Positions 45,901-54,398 of a stretch of 64,000 nucleotides of DNA are shown piece after piece (the first letter of the stretch is position 1; the number at the start of each line of letters is the position of its first letter). Under the pieces are notes generated by a model. The model made no database searches, had not been told where the DNA came from, and saw only the letters and a list, made by a program, of their open reading frames with translations. A program made the translations under genes and the position numbers. Origin of the DNA: an uncultured bacterium (GTDB taxonomy: Bacteria; Oederibacteriota; JAAXVQ01; JAUVAV01); assembly GCA_963710755.1 (NCBI GenBank), contig CAVQBK010000013.1, positions 160,001 to 224,000 on the forward strand, in the 5' to 3' direction.

Positions 45901-47004
45901 AAACGCGCTACGCTGATCCACGGCTTGATAAAAACGCAGCGCATCCCGCACATAAGCGTCCAGGGTAATAATGGCCGGATCAAGCAGGGGTTTTTCATTA
46001 CCAGACCACTGGGTAATAAAATCAAGAAAGGTTTGAACTCGAAAAAATTGAGACTGTCGTTGTATTTGCGCCACCTCACTGGGTGTGGCCGAAATGTTCA
46101 TTATTTTTTCCAATATGTCCAGATGGTTAAGCAATTCATCCAACCGTCTTTGGTTGGGCTCGGTATACAACTTGGCCCGTAAAGCCTGTTCCAAGACCTG
46201 GAGAGCGGCATCCATTTCTTCCCGCTTTCCGGTCAAATCCGTAGAACGATAATTTTGATTTAGAAAACGCCGGAAGCGTTCTTGTATCTTGCCTGCCACC
46301 TGCGAAGCTTCGGCTTTTTCCAAGAGCATTCGTCCATAGTCCCGGGCGGGCAGGGTGCCTTGTCGATAGGCTTTGGCAACCTTATCCAGTTTGATTAAGT
46401 CCTGATTATTGAGTTTTGGTTTGATATCCTCCAGGCACTGTTTCAAATCCAAGAGATAACCTTGAGGCTCGCTGCTTAAAAGCCGCTTGATCTGATCAAG
46501 ACTGCTCAAGTAAACATCACGATTCTCTATCCCCACCAGCTTTAAGCCCTGGTTACCGGTAACAGCGGCATATTCGGCGCCTGTATAGCGTCCACGCTGG
46601 ACCAGATAATCGGCAATAGACAATCGCGCCCAGGGTAATTTAAAATTGGCCAAATTGGTGACTTCCAGGGGCAACCAGGCACCTTCCAGGCCCACCAAAG
46701 ATAAGTGATGCCTAAGCCCGAGAATTTTGAGAATCTTGGCAATGTTCCTTTGAACATCATAGTCGCAATGCATATCCTGCAGGTAAACAACTGTTTTTTT
46801 GGCTGTTGGCGATTGGAAATAAGTCTGGATTTCCCCTAAGTCACTGGGTATATGTACAACCTTATGGCGATAAACAATTTGGCTTTCATGAGGATTATAA
46901 GGCGTGGTAGTCCAACTGAAAGAAAGCAAAGGCGTGAGGTATATCATTATCGTGGCATACACCACGGTATGCATAATTCTCATTACAGTCATCCTTGAAA
47001 ACAA
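39991..47004 (-). CDS. Giant multidomain protein, paralog C (2337 aa): signal peptide, conserved N-terminal module, GlpX-like domain, two HD-like repeats, C-terminal TM hairpin
   Basis: VYLQDMHCDYDVQRNIA, LVGLEGA, TGAEY, VDQRSAFFVRNL, LVCGGYH, RINPYF; exact start uncertain (TTG 47004 or a nearby ATG). Confidence 0.9.
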   Translation of the reverse strand: MFSRMTVMRIMHTVVYATIMIYLTPLLSFSWTTTPYNPHESQIVYRHKVVHIPSDLGEIQTYFQSPTAKKTVVYLQDMHCDYDVQRNIAKILKILGLRHHLSLVGLEGAWLPLEVTNLANFKLPWARLSIADYLVQRGRYTGAEYAAVTGNQGLKLVGIENRDVYLSSLDQIKRLLSSEPQGYLLDLKQCLEDIKPKLNNQDLIKLDKVAKAYRQGTLPARDYGRMLLEKAEASQVAGKIQERFRRFLNQNYRSTDLTGKREEMDAALQVLEQALRAKLYTEPNQRRLDELLNHLDILEKIMNISATPSEVAQIQRQSQFFRVQTFLDFITQWSGNEKPLLDPAIITLDAYVRDALRFYQAVDQRSAFFVRNLLKRMDEANQDLAVLVCGGYHERAIAQALKEKNINFISIRPCHRASNRINPYFRNMMGEKNTLEKILMPPNRSSFALPIQSPQVDIRNATGFLQDQLPGVATTQKEIAALKVFCSKVDALRPGEDEPDVKWSPDHRSVAIKTESLAAILTNSSAPTAPFTTAVPLKLGKWTVAIGDTNAYEQMAEWVSKHRDLDWTIRKVLRQGLALAQQLYQLPLQASRVVGHWLRHLIEAPQMALAGISAGYGAMDNPAAVQLEIKKENVYLNQANQPPAGGGSKEPDEVKQEFLKQVKNSIAVNLSQKTYLLDGPIECSVDDVSLPRVPERESLLDYAEELSFLGTLVQRSMGYAGPGPVHINRFRFETKARRWARLFFMNMRRFSYLIIGSDARKNPTGSLVPGTFFKGLTGRASREVLFFYGEGAHARNPLGQLLALAITPSSRERVFKALPDKRMFKIIASSKFRTIDWKAILAGNQDHGHVDVNGLVNQIWTGFEKQGILRPKIVMLYREHHQELIKAFASKMDIVLNERDISKEIDRRGEVLLPGPKGKLLLKLNDDWSPALDFNSKSEEAPHMIIGEGGMPQALLSALIAQKLGEGEPAYTMAAMVAPSNHIQYTDQEIKLMRQYQIQPGQIFGLEDLVEKEEAQKSLCVLGVYQDCFLGGQHLQGPTVLRDGRTAISQALITSQGVKPIKLYYEAPHQFKKLNLDQNVVAQLMTSINLKKWKWARTLITNFIAPWKTPVFEYYLQGRQKLGQKQDQADETEVAIHALRSFEKGLQELERLRSQSKNKLSADLINMETYFEREIRELALWLKQHFSAQNIIKTALIYSKKAIAASANNGSFDIWSDHIRLLLDPWLKIYDNYLGQQTQPITEKDKLKFLDQLFHKYLKEIQEVLFQEKLGDGSPLSAWQFLLYATVFDDFTLNQQAMIMDQWRDEIFKDPENYMQWTSELIERSRKRRQRIMQAAGMEEDQKENYSYMPPNGLRRAVSDQAMEGNEPLTAGLINQGYFSQAWDIIGAQARILLGLGLMGPAKIYFDRWQETMENGIEVAFRAQRGMSNIHFLPDLANLYYEKYLAFGEVEARQKAVTFYKALLKGESLKALISQNYGSHGLEELNSFYQGYVKAWEKNTFVYFRPSVWKKRYEHLRITPINALDRHLNMDSLPEFKALRQRLPQRASLIRHGLSAFFSFVDSQWQDFSRDQDYQTQLQVLHQAWQNATYVEKQALGWAMRLKDLGFYLDPEAYGHEERGGAVAKDILDRLRVLPEIRDLTLRLIKIQSLMGQARLGEIRYASLHRALVTSRLKFSLVQIMHTMEAVARLGHLNALSQAELDNIIHFNNQAPAAGEGLAGYRLDSFRSQNWRDFDPSRSFDPKDDPKIQAEFGPEANLLLHQLGGQVDMVDHVRHLALDIHKSRPDLYLRLMKLLTQLSLAVTTGKVRKDLIIHSDYGHLRSDESILKYFIQILEKHPNTTAEQVAGELKKNNFRGVFGLPVYIEGRQIWLRLGKLDELEIKQLAQQRLLADGEVTKIASQMSPSRGKRMHLAWQFFKNVQDRQWNAFPPALQKPVQRLFRPWFTSAFLEEQMAFLWAVALHDVALSFAPGQDGHEDASAQWADTYLKKQKVSTRVRKMAVNLIRYHSYLGQVRLGERRESLLLSKVIFKSRLPFWMVQALNALDVIAQKDNIKLSHQVEQLGEIMAYPRSAEMMAQHYDQYRLETMARSTIAAHPLNQIAKETLKEKISQLFGKEEGRYRKILKVNVDLLDNIVHLSHALVQRDPSFDHYVKWMRLLAQLAASQSRKNMVIRTDIRNLEASGLSLTEAVEKTANVLSNILKAIPAQQPLMAFKQVGLAKAGEVYGIPFSVSDDGKTLTLHVSRLLDIQGNSNQAQKHNKLNGNQPLSHYAVTMAALVAGLHILDMGLWPHVIAGLGLGVMAVRTLWESGLLKPWQRQERNQPRQRYRIRRTLGSSA

Positions 47005-47372
47005 ATAGGCATCATGCGGTTATAATATTAATAAGCATATCATTCAATTATAAAAAATCAAGTCTACCGCTCAATATTGGTCAATTTTGAAACAATTTAA
47101 ATTTATGACTTTATTTTAAATGCATTTTTTAACGTCATCCTTTGATAATATCACGATTTTTCAGATCATCAGGCTAAAGAGTGTGTCCAAACGAGACTTT
47201 TTGGCAATTTAATTGACAAGTTTTTAGTTAATCTGTTATGATAATTAGCAACTTTTTCATCATAAATATTTACACAAAAAATTTAACAATACTATTTATC
47301 ACACCTCAATTTTAATTGCATTTCTCTACTAATTCGCATCCCTTTTTAGGGTAATAATGACAAGGATCCTCC

Positions 47373-48167
47373 ATGAGCAACCAAGTCAATGACTATCACA
47401 CCCCGGCTGATTACAAACAATTTCTGCTGAAACGGTTACATTTCCCTTTACGCTTCACTTTTTACCTTAAGATTTTTTGGATTATTTTTAGCGGTTGGCT
47501 GACCGCCAAGCGCAAGGCTTATGACAATCAATTCTGGATAAAACAAAGTCTTTCGGTAAAAGAAGCCATTGAATCCAATGGGGGGCGACTCCACATCACA
47601 GGATTAAATCATCTTCACCAAATCAAAGGACCGGTGGTGTTTATCGGTAATCATATGAGCACCTTGGAAACCTTTCTCTTACCCCATTTAATCGAACCTA
47701 TTGTCCCGCATACTTTTGTGGTTAAGCGCAAGTTGCTCACCACGCCTCTCTTTGGCGCCATCATGGCCAGTCGCCAGCCCATTGCCGTTGACCGCCAAAA
47801 TCCTAAAGAAGATTTAAAAACCGTCCTTGAAGAAGGCACCGCCAAATTGCAGCAAGGAATGTCCCTGGTTATTTTTCCCCAGAGTACCCGTTCGGAACGG
47901 TTTAGGCCCGAACATTTTAATTCCCTGGGCGTAAAACTGGCCAAGAAAGCCGGCGTGCCCGTTATTCCCGTTGCTTTAAAAACCGATTTTTGGGGCAATG
48001 GCAAATGGCTGCGCGATTTCGGACCGGTAGGTAAAAGCCTCGATATTTATATTCATTTCGGAGCGCCATTGCAAATCACTAAAACCGGGAAGGAAGAGCA
48101 CCAGCAGATTGTCACGTTTATCAGCCGCCATCTGCACCAATGGTCCGCCGATAATATACAGGCCTAA
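47373..48167 (+). CDS. plsC: 1-acyl-sn-glycerol-3-phosphate acyltransferase family
   Basis: NHMSTLE, IAVDR, IFPQSTRS, VPVIPVAL. Confidence 0.85.
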   Translation: MSNQVNDYHTPADYKQFLLKRLHFPLRFTFYLKIFWIIFSGWLTAKRKAYDNQFWIKQSLSVKEAIESNGGRLHITGLNHLHQIKGPVVFIGNHMSTLETFLLPHLIEPIVPHTFVVKRKLLTTPLFGAIMASRQPIAVDRQNPKEDLKTVLEEGTAKLQQGMSLVIFPQSTRSERFRPEHFNSLGVKLAKKAGVPVIPVALKTDFWGNGKWLRDFGPVGKSLDIYIHFGAPLQITKTGKEEHQQIVTFISRHLHQWSADNIQA

Positions 48168-48559
48168 TCAATCAATTTAAGTTTTCTTATTTCCTCGATC
48201 AACTCACTATCTTCAAAGGGTTTGACCAAGTAGGCGTCACAGCGATGGCGGAAAGATGCAATAACATTGGGGGTATCATCGGTGGCGGTCAACATGATGA
48301 CTTTCACGCCGTCAACTTCTTTTATGTTCATTTCCTGCTCCATGACCCGGATCTTCTCCAAAGCCTGCAAGCCGTTCATAACGGGCATCATGATGTCCAA
48401 AATGATCAAATCAAAAGGCTGTTGCTGGTTCAAAGCCGTCTGAAATTTGGCTACAGCCTCGGCCCCGTTTTTGGCCGTCACACTACGGCCGTAAGGTTTC
48501 AGAAATATTTTGATCATTGTTTGAATGTTCGGCTCATCTTCCACGACCAAGGTTCGCAT
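48164..48559 (-). CDS. Single-domain response regulator (CheY-like)
   Basis: VVEDE, LDIMMP, MLTA, YLVKPF. Confidence 0.9.
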   Translation of the reverse strand: MRTLVVEDEPNIQTMIKIFLKPYGRSVTAKNGAEAVAKFQTALNQQQPFDLIILDIMMPVMNGLQALEKIRVMEQEMNIKEVDGVKVIMLTATDDTPNVIASFRHRCDAYLVKPFEDSELIEEIRKLKLID

Positions 48560-49398
48560 TACAGTTCAAATTCCTCCAGGGCTTGAGTGAGTCTTGACTT
48601 AACATCCTGTTCTATCCGAAGCTGCTGGTCCGCACTTATGCCCAGACGCTGGATCACGTTTTCATCCAAATGATTGGCCTGGACAGGGGCGCCCAGACCT
48701 TCACCGATGTGTTTGGCCATATGATTGGCAAACATGACCAAGTCGAGCAAGCGGTTGGAAGCCGTGGGTTGACGGTGATGCTGTTCTATCACCACAATGA
48801 TTTCCTCTGGAAATTTCCAATAACCGGCCAGGGCAGCACCCACTTCTGCATGATCAATATTTAACAACTGTTGCTCCGCTTCCGCGTAAGAACACTTTTT
48901 TTCCAAAATTTCATCCCTGATTTTCTTAACCATCTGAGGCTCAAGATGACGGCTTAGAATGAGTTTACCGATGTCATGAAGCATGGCGGAGGTAAAGGCC
49001 ATGGACGGAATCTCCATCCTTATTTGGCGCTGGAAGCTCTCGATAGTCAGTCCTGCGGCTACATTGTGGCGCCAAAGTTCGTTCTCCATCAGATTGTAGC
49101 CGGGTACTTTGCGTTTCATGGTTTTACCCAGGCTGTTGCCGATGGCCAGTTTTATAATGTTGTTAAGCCCAAGCCGCATGACTGCTGATTTAACCGTATT
49201 GATTTCAAACTGGCTGCGATAAAAGGCGGAATTGGCCCAGCGCAGCACATTGGCCGTCAAGGCACCGTCCAATTCGATAAGGCGTGATATTTCATTCACC
49301 CCATAATGGGCGTCATTCATCAATCCGGTCAGTTGACTGACCGTGGTTGACATGGGGGCTAAGTTGCGGATTTCTGCCGGATTAATCTTAATGCGCAT
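48559..49398 (-). CDS. HDOD domain signalling protein
   Basis: LRWANSAFY, AVMRLG, MLHDIGKLIL, DHAEVGA, WKFP...HH. Confidence 0.92.
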   Translation of the reverse strand: MRIKINPAEIRNLAPMSTTVSQLTGLMNDAHYGVNEISRLIELDGALTANVLRWANSAFYRSQFEINTVKSAVMRLGLNNIIKLAIGNSLGKTMKRKVPGYNLMENELWRHNVAAGLTIESFQRQIRMEIPSMAFTSAMLHDIGKLILSRHLEPQMVKKIRDEILEKKCSYAEAEQQLLNIDHAEVGAALAGYWKFPEEIIVVIEQHHRQPTASNRLLDLVMFANHMAKHIGEGLGAPVQANHLDENVIQRLGISADQQLRIEQDVKSRLTQALEEFEL

Positions 49399-49463
49399 GG
49401 TCTCACCGAATCATCAGCATCGTGGCCTCCCGGGTTGGCCCGGGCGGCATAACGTCTTTACTA

Positions 49464-49706
49464 TTATCGGTTTACCAGGGCAATTTTTTCAGGTTTTTTC
49501 ATTTTCTTGATCATGATTTCCCTGCGCATGGCCTCGCCCTGCGTAGCATACAGCTCCATCCTGACCAGACGAAATGGCAATCGGGTTTTAACGAATTTAG
49601 ACCCTTTCCCCTGGCGATGAAGCCGAAGGCGTTTAATGATGTGCTTGGTATAGCCGGTGTAGTAACTGTTGTCAGCACAGCGCAACATATAAACAATGTA
49701 TCCCAT
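49464..49706 (-). CDS. GIY-YIG nuclease family protein (UPF0213/YazA-like)
   Basis: VYMLRCADNSYYTGYT, RLRLH, GSKFVKTRLP, AMRRE. Confidence 0.88.
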   Translation of the reverse strand: MGYIVYMLRCADNSYYTGYTKHIIKRLRLHRQGKGSKFVKTRLPFRLVRMELYATQGEAMRREIMIKKMKKPEKIALVNR

Positions 49707-49944
49707 GGGGACCTTCCAATTTTTCATTTGGCGGGAATGGCGTAATGAGAATTCTCTCCCAGAGGCTGTGTCTCAACCTCATGATCCCCCTCCCCGCTTT
49801 TACAGGGAAAGAGGTGGGGGGTGATTCTAAGACTTTAAAACAAAAATTATGGTAACCCCGCATCAGAGAGGAGAAGGTATCAGCAAGCATTACCACACGA
49901 TCTCTCAGCGCGGAAAACTTAAATTCATGGTCGAAATTGGAATT

Positions 49945-50187
49945 TCAAGCGAAAATATGTTCCAGGCGGGCTAAATGACGTTCAAATTTTTCAAATTCAC
50001 AATGCATATGTCTGCTGGCCATCCCACGCTCAACAAGATCAAAGGAGTTATGCCAGTAACTCACGACTTTTTCCATGAAAAACATGTCCCGCTCCAAATC
50101 AAGAACGCGTTCTTCCATGACCGCCACTTTTTCTTCCAGACTAAGCAATCGTTTGATCATTTGCCGAAAGTTGCCTTTTTGCTCCAT
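49945..50187 (-). CDS. Hypothetical coiled-coil protein
   Basis: 80 aa, AAGGTGG RBS, heptad pattern. Confidence 0.5.
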   Translation of the reverse strand: MEQKGNFRQMIKRLLSLEEKVAVMEERVLDLERDMFFMEKVVSYWHNSFDLVERGMASRHMHCEFEKFERHLARLEHIFA

Positions 50188-50386
50188 GTTTATCCACCTT
50201 TATTGATCTTGGTTGGGGCTGTACCCGATTTCTGAATTCGCTTTAAAATATTTCCATTTACATGACTTAATCAAAGTGTACTAAGACCTCGGGAAAATGC
50301 AACCCTTCAACGGGGATAATTTTATATCTTTTATTTTTTTACAATCCCGTTGGTTCACGGTGAAGCGATGGGGTGTCGCTCCTATA

Positions 50387-52111
50387 TTATTCATTCAGAG
50401 AACGAAACAATGACAGCACTGTATTTTGATTAAGAATACCAATTAATTTCTGGGGATTTTCTTTTTCCACCACAGGTAGATAAGTAATGTTGGGATGTTT
50501 TTTGAAAATCTTCAGGATATCTTTAATGCTTTGATCAGCATTAATAACCAGGGGATTTTTTTTAATCAAATCCCCCACGATGATTAGATCTCCCAGGGTG
50601 GGATCGAAAATCATATCCCGGATATCGGAATAATCCACCACTCCGATAAAATGTTCGTTTTGGTCCACCACGGGAAACCGGTCATAACGGCTGAATGCCA
50701 CCATTTTTAAAAAATCATTAAAATGCATGGTCGCCTTCACGGTTTCCACATTGCTGCGCATGATATGCTTGACCAGGATATCCGTGGCGTTTTTTAATTT
50801 CTTTTGCAGGGACAGACCCAAAGAAAGCCGAAAATGATTGATCACCTGATAGAATTCTTCAAAAGTACTGGACGAGGCTTTTTTCACCAACAAAGAAAGC
50901 AGGGAAACCTCACCGGCGCGTACCAGACCATAACGTACCGCTAATGGGCCCACCAATTCAAATATTACCAAAGAACCCAGAATAATCGTCTCCACCAAAT
51001 GACCGCCAACCGCCCATTGGCCGGCCAGTTGTTGGCAAAGACCTATGGCAATGCCAGCCTGGGCAATGAGCGTGAAGCCCAGGTTGACCTTATCCCTTTG
51101 GGGATAGCCTGCAGCCTTGGCCCCAAAAAAACTGCCACCAAGCTTCCCCGCTGTCCGGGCTAAAATGTACCCTACGCCCAACAAACCCACCTGGGTAAAA
51201 GATTGCAAATGCATGCCCGCACCGGACATGACAAAGAACAAAACATAAAAGGGGTAATCGATTTTTTGAATGGCATTCATCATGGCATCGATTTTGGGAG
51301 AGGCATTGGCCAAGGTCAGGCCGGTTAAAAAAACGGCCAGCATCATATTGATGCTGGCTAGGGATGATATGGCCATGACCAGAATGACCCCGCCAATGGC
51401 TAACAATTGATAGTCCCGTTCCTTGTCAAGATGCTGTGCCCAAAGACTCATGGCGAAACCAATCGCTGTCCCCATCAGCGCCGGTGCCCCTAAGGCCAGG
51501 AGTAGATCAAGGGGGTGGGTCATTTCAAAGTAAATATGGGCAATCACCAGGTAAGCCACAATGGAGACCAAGTTGTTAAACCCAATAAGGATCATTATTT
51601 TTTCGGTCAATGGTCCTTCTGCGTCATATTCCCGAATCACAAAGAGGGTCGCTGCTGGAGCTGTGGCTATGGCAATGACTGCAAAAAACAGGGCCATCTG
51701 AACCATCTTGCCATAATCCAGATGCCCGTGAACCACAAAGGACTTTATAAACAGCCAATCAAGAACAAAAATCGTTACCCAGACCGCCAAAAAAGTGAAA
51801 AGGATTTCATAGACGGAAAGCTTGAACAAACGCGTTCCCCAGCGCTGAATATTTTCAAAGCGGGCCTTAATGCCTATGGTTAATACAATAAACGCCAGCG
51901 CAATTTTAGTGACTGGCCGGATTTGCTCCAAGGCATCCCAGCTGATTAGGGACGGCCATCCCGCCAGTGCAGCCAAAGAGGGCCCAGCCACGATACCGGC
52001 CAGAAGATAGCCCGTCACCCGGGGAGCGTGTACATGAGCAGCCGTCCTTCCAAAAAACAGGGCAATTAAAAAAGCAGCGGCCAGCGGCAAATAGGGTTGG
52101 ATCAGTGTCAT
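50387..52111 (-). CDS. Cation:proton antiporter (CPA2-like) with C-terminal CBS pair
   Basis: PRVTGYLLAGI, ATAPAAT, FFVMSGA, QAGIAIG; CBS motifs FPVVD and LPVVE; start at ATG 52111. Confidence 0.9.
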   Translation of the reverse strand: MTLIQPYLPLAAAFLIALFFGRTAAHVHAPRVTGYLLAGIVAGPSLAALAGWPSLISWDALEQIRPVTKIALAFIVLTIGIKARFENIQRWGTRLFKLSVYEILFTFLAVWVTIFVLDWLFIKSFVVHGHLDYGKMVQMALFFAVIAIATAPAATLFVIREYDAEGPLTEKIMILIGFNNLVSIVAYLVIAHIYFEMTHPLDLLLALGAPALMGTAIGFAMSLWAQHLDKERDYQLLAIGGVILVMAISSLASINMMLAVFLTGLTLANASPKIDAMMNAIQKIDYPFYVLFFVMSGAGMHLQSFTQVGLLGVGYILARTAGKLGGSFFGAKAAGYPQRDKVNLGFTLIAQAGIAIGLCQQLAGQWAVGGHLVETIILGSLVIFELVGPLAVRYGLVRAGEVSLLSLLVKKASSSTFEEFYQVINHFRLSLGLSLQKKLKNATDILVKHIMRSNVETVKATMHFNDFLKMVAFSRYDRFPVVDQNEHFIGVVDYSDIRDMIFDPTLGDLIIVGDLIKKNPLVINADQSIKDILKIFKKHPNITYLPVVEKENPQKLIGILNQNTVLSLFRSLNE

Positions 52112-52434
52112 AAGCCCTTCCTGCGGAATTGGTATTCCAAGCCAGTACCTCGGCTTAATTAGAAAAAGTGCCAAACTTGCATGTAAAAGGTCAACTATTT
52201 TCTCTTATTGGCAGGTTCAGGTCAAGCAAGCATTCTCCCCATAGTTTTGGTTGCAGAAAAAACCTTTTTGTTGAAAGACCTCCATGGTCTTATACGCAGC
52301 CCTAATACGGCCTTGATTAAAAGCCCTCTAGGGTACAGACCCTAATCCTCCGAAATTTTATCAGCGAAGGAGGATGGCAGTACCCTAGAGTCAACACCCA
52401 TGCTGTCCAAATGCATCAGAACCCCAGGATCGGT

Positions 52435-53028
52435 TTAATGCGCGTGTTTGGACAGGTAAGCGGCCACACCTTCCGAAGTAGCGTTTAGGCCCTCTTCGCC
52501 CTCTTTCCAATTGGCAGGACAGACCTCGCCGTATTTTTCATTGAAACGCAGCGCATCTAGTATACGGATCGCTTCGTCTACATTGCGGCCCAAGGGTAGA
52601 TCATTGATCAGTTCATGGCGGACTATGCCGGTTTTATCAATTAAGAACAATCCTCTCAAGGCCACCCCGTCCTCTTCCAAAAGTACCCCATAATCTCTGG
52701 AAATTTTCTTGTTCAGATCAGCCACCAGAGGGTACTTGATAGGCCCGATCCCCCCTTTGTCCACCGCCGTATTTTTCCAGGCAAAATGAGTATACTTGGA
52801 ATCAACGGAAACGCCAATTACCTCAGTTTCCCGTTTCTTGAACTCCTCCAGTTTTTTGTCAAAAGCGATAATCTCTGTTGGGCACACAAAGGTGAAATCC
52901 ATGGGATAAAAGAACAAAATCACATATTTGCCCTTATAGTCCGATAAATTCAACTCCACGAATTGATTATCCGCGGCAATTGCTTCTGCCTTGATTTCCG
53001 GTGCTGGTTTGGTTACTAAAGAAGCCAT
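52435..53028 (-). CDS. ahpC: 2-Cys peroxiredoxin (AhpC/TsaA)
   Basis: [26 protein letters not shown]. Confidence 0.93.
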   Translation of the reverse strand: MASLVTKPAPEIKAEAIAADNQFVELNLSDYKGKYVILFFYPMDFTFVCPTEIIAFDKKLEEFKKRETEVIGVSVDSKYTHFAWKNTAVDKGGIGPIKYPLVADLNKKISRDYGVLLEEDGVALRGLFLIDKTGIVRHELINDLPLGRNVDEAIRILDALRFNEKYGEVCPANWKEGEEGLNATSEGVAAYLSKHAH

Positions 53029-53089
53029 GATAACTCCTCCTTTGGTATTATTTATGTTGACCCCGTAGACCTGGGTAATGACAACCTTT

Positions 53090-53475
53090 ATTAAGTACTT
53101 TTTGTATTCCTGCGGCAGCGTTGACAGATACCCTCCATCTCAAGGGCATCGGAACTGAGTTCCTAACTCATGGCCCCGTGCTGCTGCATGGTCAAGGGAG
53201 CAGGTAAAATGAACATCATCCACTCTGCCACGTCGAGAACTTTTAATGTGGTTATGGAAAATGGGACTGCCTTCGCACCTAACCCGATTCCCTTATATTT
53301 TTCCAATCAATACCAACTCACCCTATTTTGCGAGATTTCTTTAACCCACACTGATACGCCTGCTTGGAAATTTAGCTTTTATATGGAAATTAAACTCCGC
53401 AGCTCCGGGATGCTGTTTAAAAGCCCGCATTTCTGCCACTATCAGCTGTCTTTGTTTGGTTAACCGTACCACCAC
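53090..53475 (-). pseudogene. Decayed Fur/PerR-family regulator
   Basis: Manual translation: VVRLTKQRQLIVAEMRAFKQHPGAAEF..IKAKFPS..SVG*RNLAK*GELVLIGKI*GNRVRCEGSPIFHNHIKSSRRGRVDDV, then LEMEG and GICQRC in shifted frames; 3' boundary approximate. Confidence 0.75.
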
Positions 53476-53490
53476 GAGCCCTTTTTTATT

Positions 53491-53507
53491 ATATTGATTA
53501 TCATTTA
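53491..53507. promoter_or_regulatory. Fur/Per box-like operator
   Basis: Minus strand TAAATGATAATCAATAT versus consensus core ATAATGATAATCATTAT (14/17). Confidence 0.6.
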
Positions 53508-53694
53508 TTAATTAGACACAAAATCATCAAAAGTTTTATAGGCATACTAAAATTACGGAGCAGATATTTTGGGCAGGCTTCTTAAACTATTCCCTAATTC
53601 ATTGCGAGACTATGTTGATATGCAAGGAAGAAGATCCTAAATTTTGTTGTCGCATTATACGCACCTTAAACTGCTGGGAAAATGAGAAGATTTA

Positions 53695-54111
53695 TTAAAG
53701 CAGTGGCAGAAGTTCGGATTTTTCCTGGTTAAGATATTTGTAAATGATCTGATACACCTTCTTACTATCTTCAATGTATTGTGCGGGCTCAGATTCTATA
53801 GCTTCAGGCTGGACCCACTTTTGTTTATAATCCTCAAAGTCTTTTTCCATCTCATCAAAAGCCTTGATCAATGGCAATCCTACCTTTGATAGTATTGGAT
53901 CACTGCCCCGGTCCACCACGCCTTTTTGATATTGTTTTAATGCCCCAGCCAGACCGAGCAACAAATAACGTACTTCATTGGCCATCACCATAAGGGCATT
54001 GGGTTTCAACTGATGTTCCATAGTTTCCAACATATTGTTGATGATTTCCTGGGCATTGGTCAGCTCTGCTTTGGTTAACATGGCCTGCTCCTGTGCTGTG
54101 GTGAAAGTCAT
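53695..54111 (-). CDS. Hypothetical four-helix protein, hemerythrin-like pattern without His ligands
   Basis: FEDYKQKW...IESEP..YIEDSKKV...YLNQEKSELLPLL resembles HHE-domain proteins. Confidence 0.5.
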   Translation of the reverse strand: MTFTTAQEQAMLTKAELTNAQEIINNMLETMEHQLKPNALMVMANEVRYLLLGLAGALKQYQKGVVDRGSDPILSKVGLPLIKAFDEMEKDFEDYKQKWVQPEAIESEPAQYIEDSKKVYQIIYKYLNQEKSELLPLL

Positions 54112-54350
54112 TCCCTGCCATGAACCTGACCATAGGGATTTTTAGGCGGGCTCAGAACCGGGAAATAAATGCCCTAAAAACCTGTTTAGGCATCTGCCTG
54201 AGTATCGGTCATGTTTAGTTCTTTTCTGATTTTTTTAGATATTTTTTTGCAGATAGGACTATAGAAAGTGGGACAGACCGTAAAGCAGGATTTGATAAAA
54301 ATCCACTTCTTCGTGACAGCCAGCTCATGATTATATCAAGGCAACCCTAG

Positions 54351-54384
54351 CCGTCCTGGTCACCACCGGGGATGGCCAGGACGG
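54351..54384. terminator. GC-rich stem-loop downstream of the STAS-RsbW fusion
   Basis: CCGTCCTGGTCA/TGGCCAGGACGG. Confidence 0.5.
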
Positions 54385-54398
54385 GTTTACGGGAAAGA

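Noticed and set aside
49464-49727. GIY-YIG gene as a homing endonuclease or mobile element
   Set aside because: It is the short stand-alone UPF0213 type, with no intron, terminal repeats or target duplication visible.
53170-53463. 97-aa plus-strand ORF
   Set aside because: It is antisense to the recognisable Fur/PerR remnant and shows no family features.
53090-53475. Stop-codon reassignment as an explanation for the interrupted Fur gene
   Set aside because: Both TAA and TAG occur together with frameshifts and lost cysteines, and all three stop codons terminate normal genes in this window.
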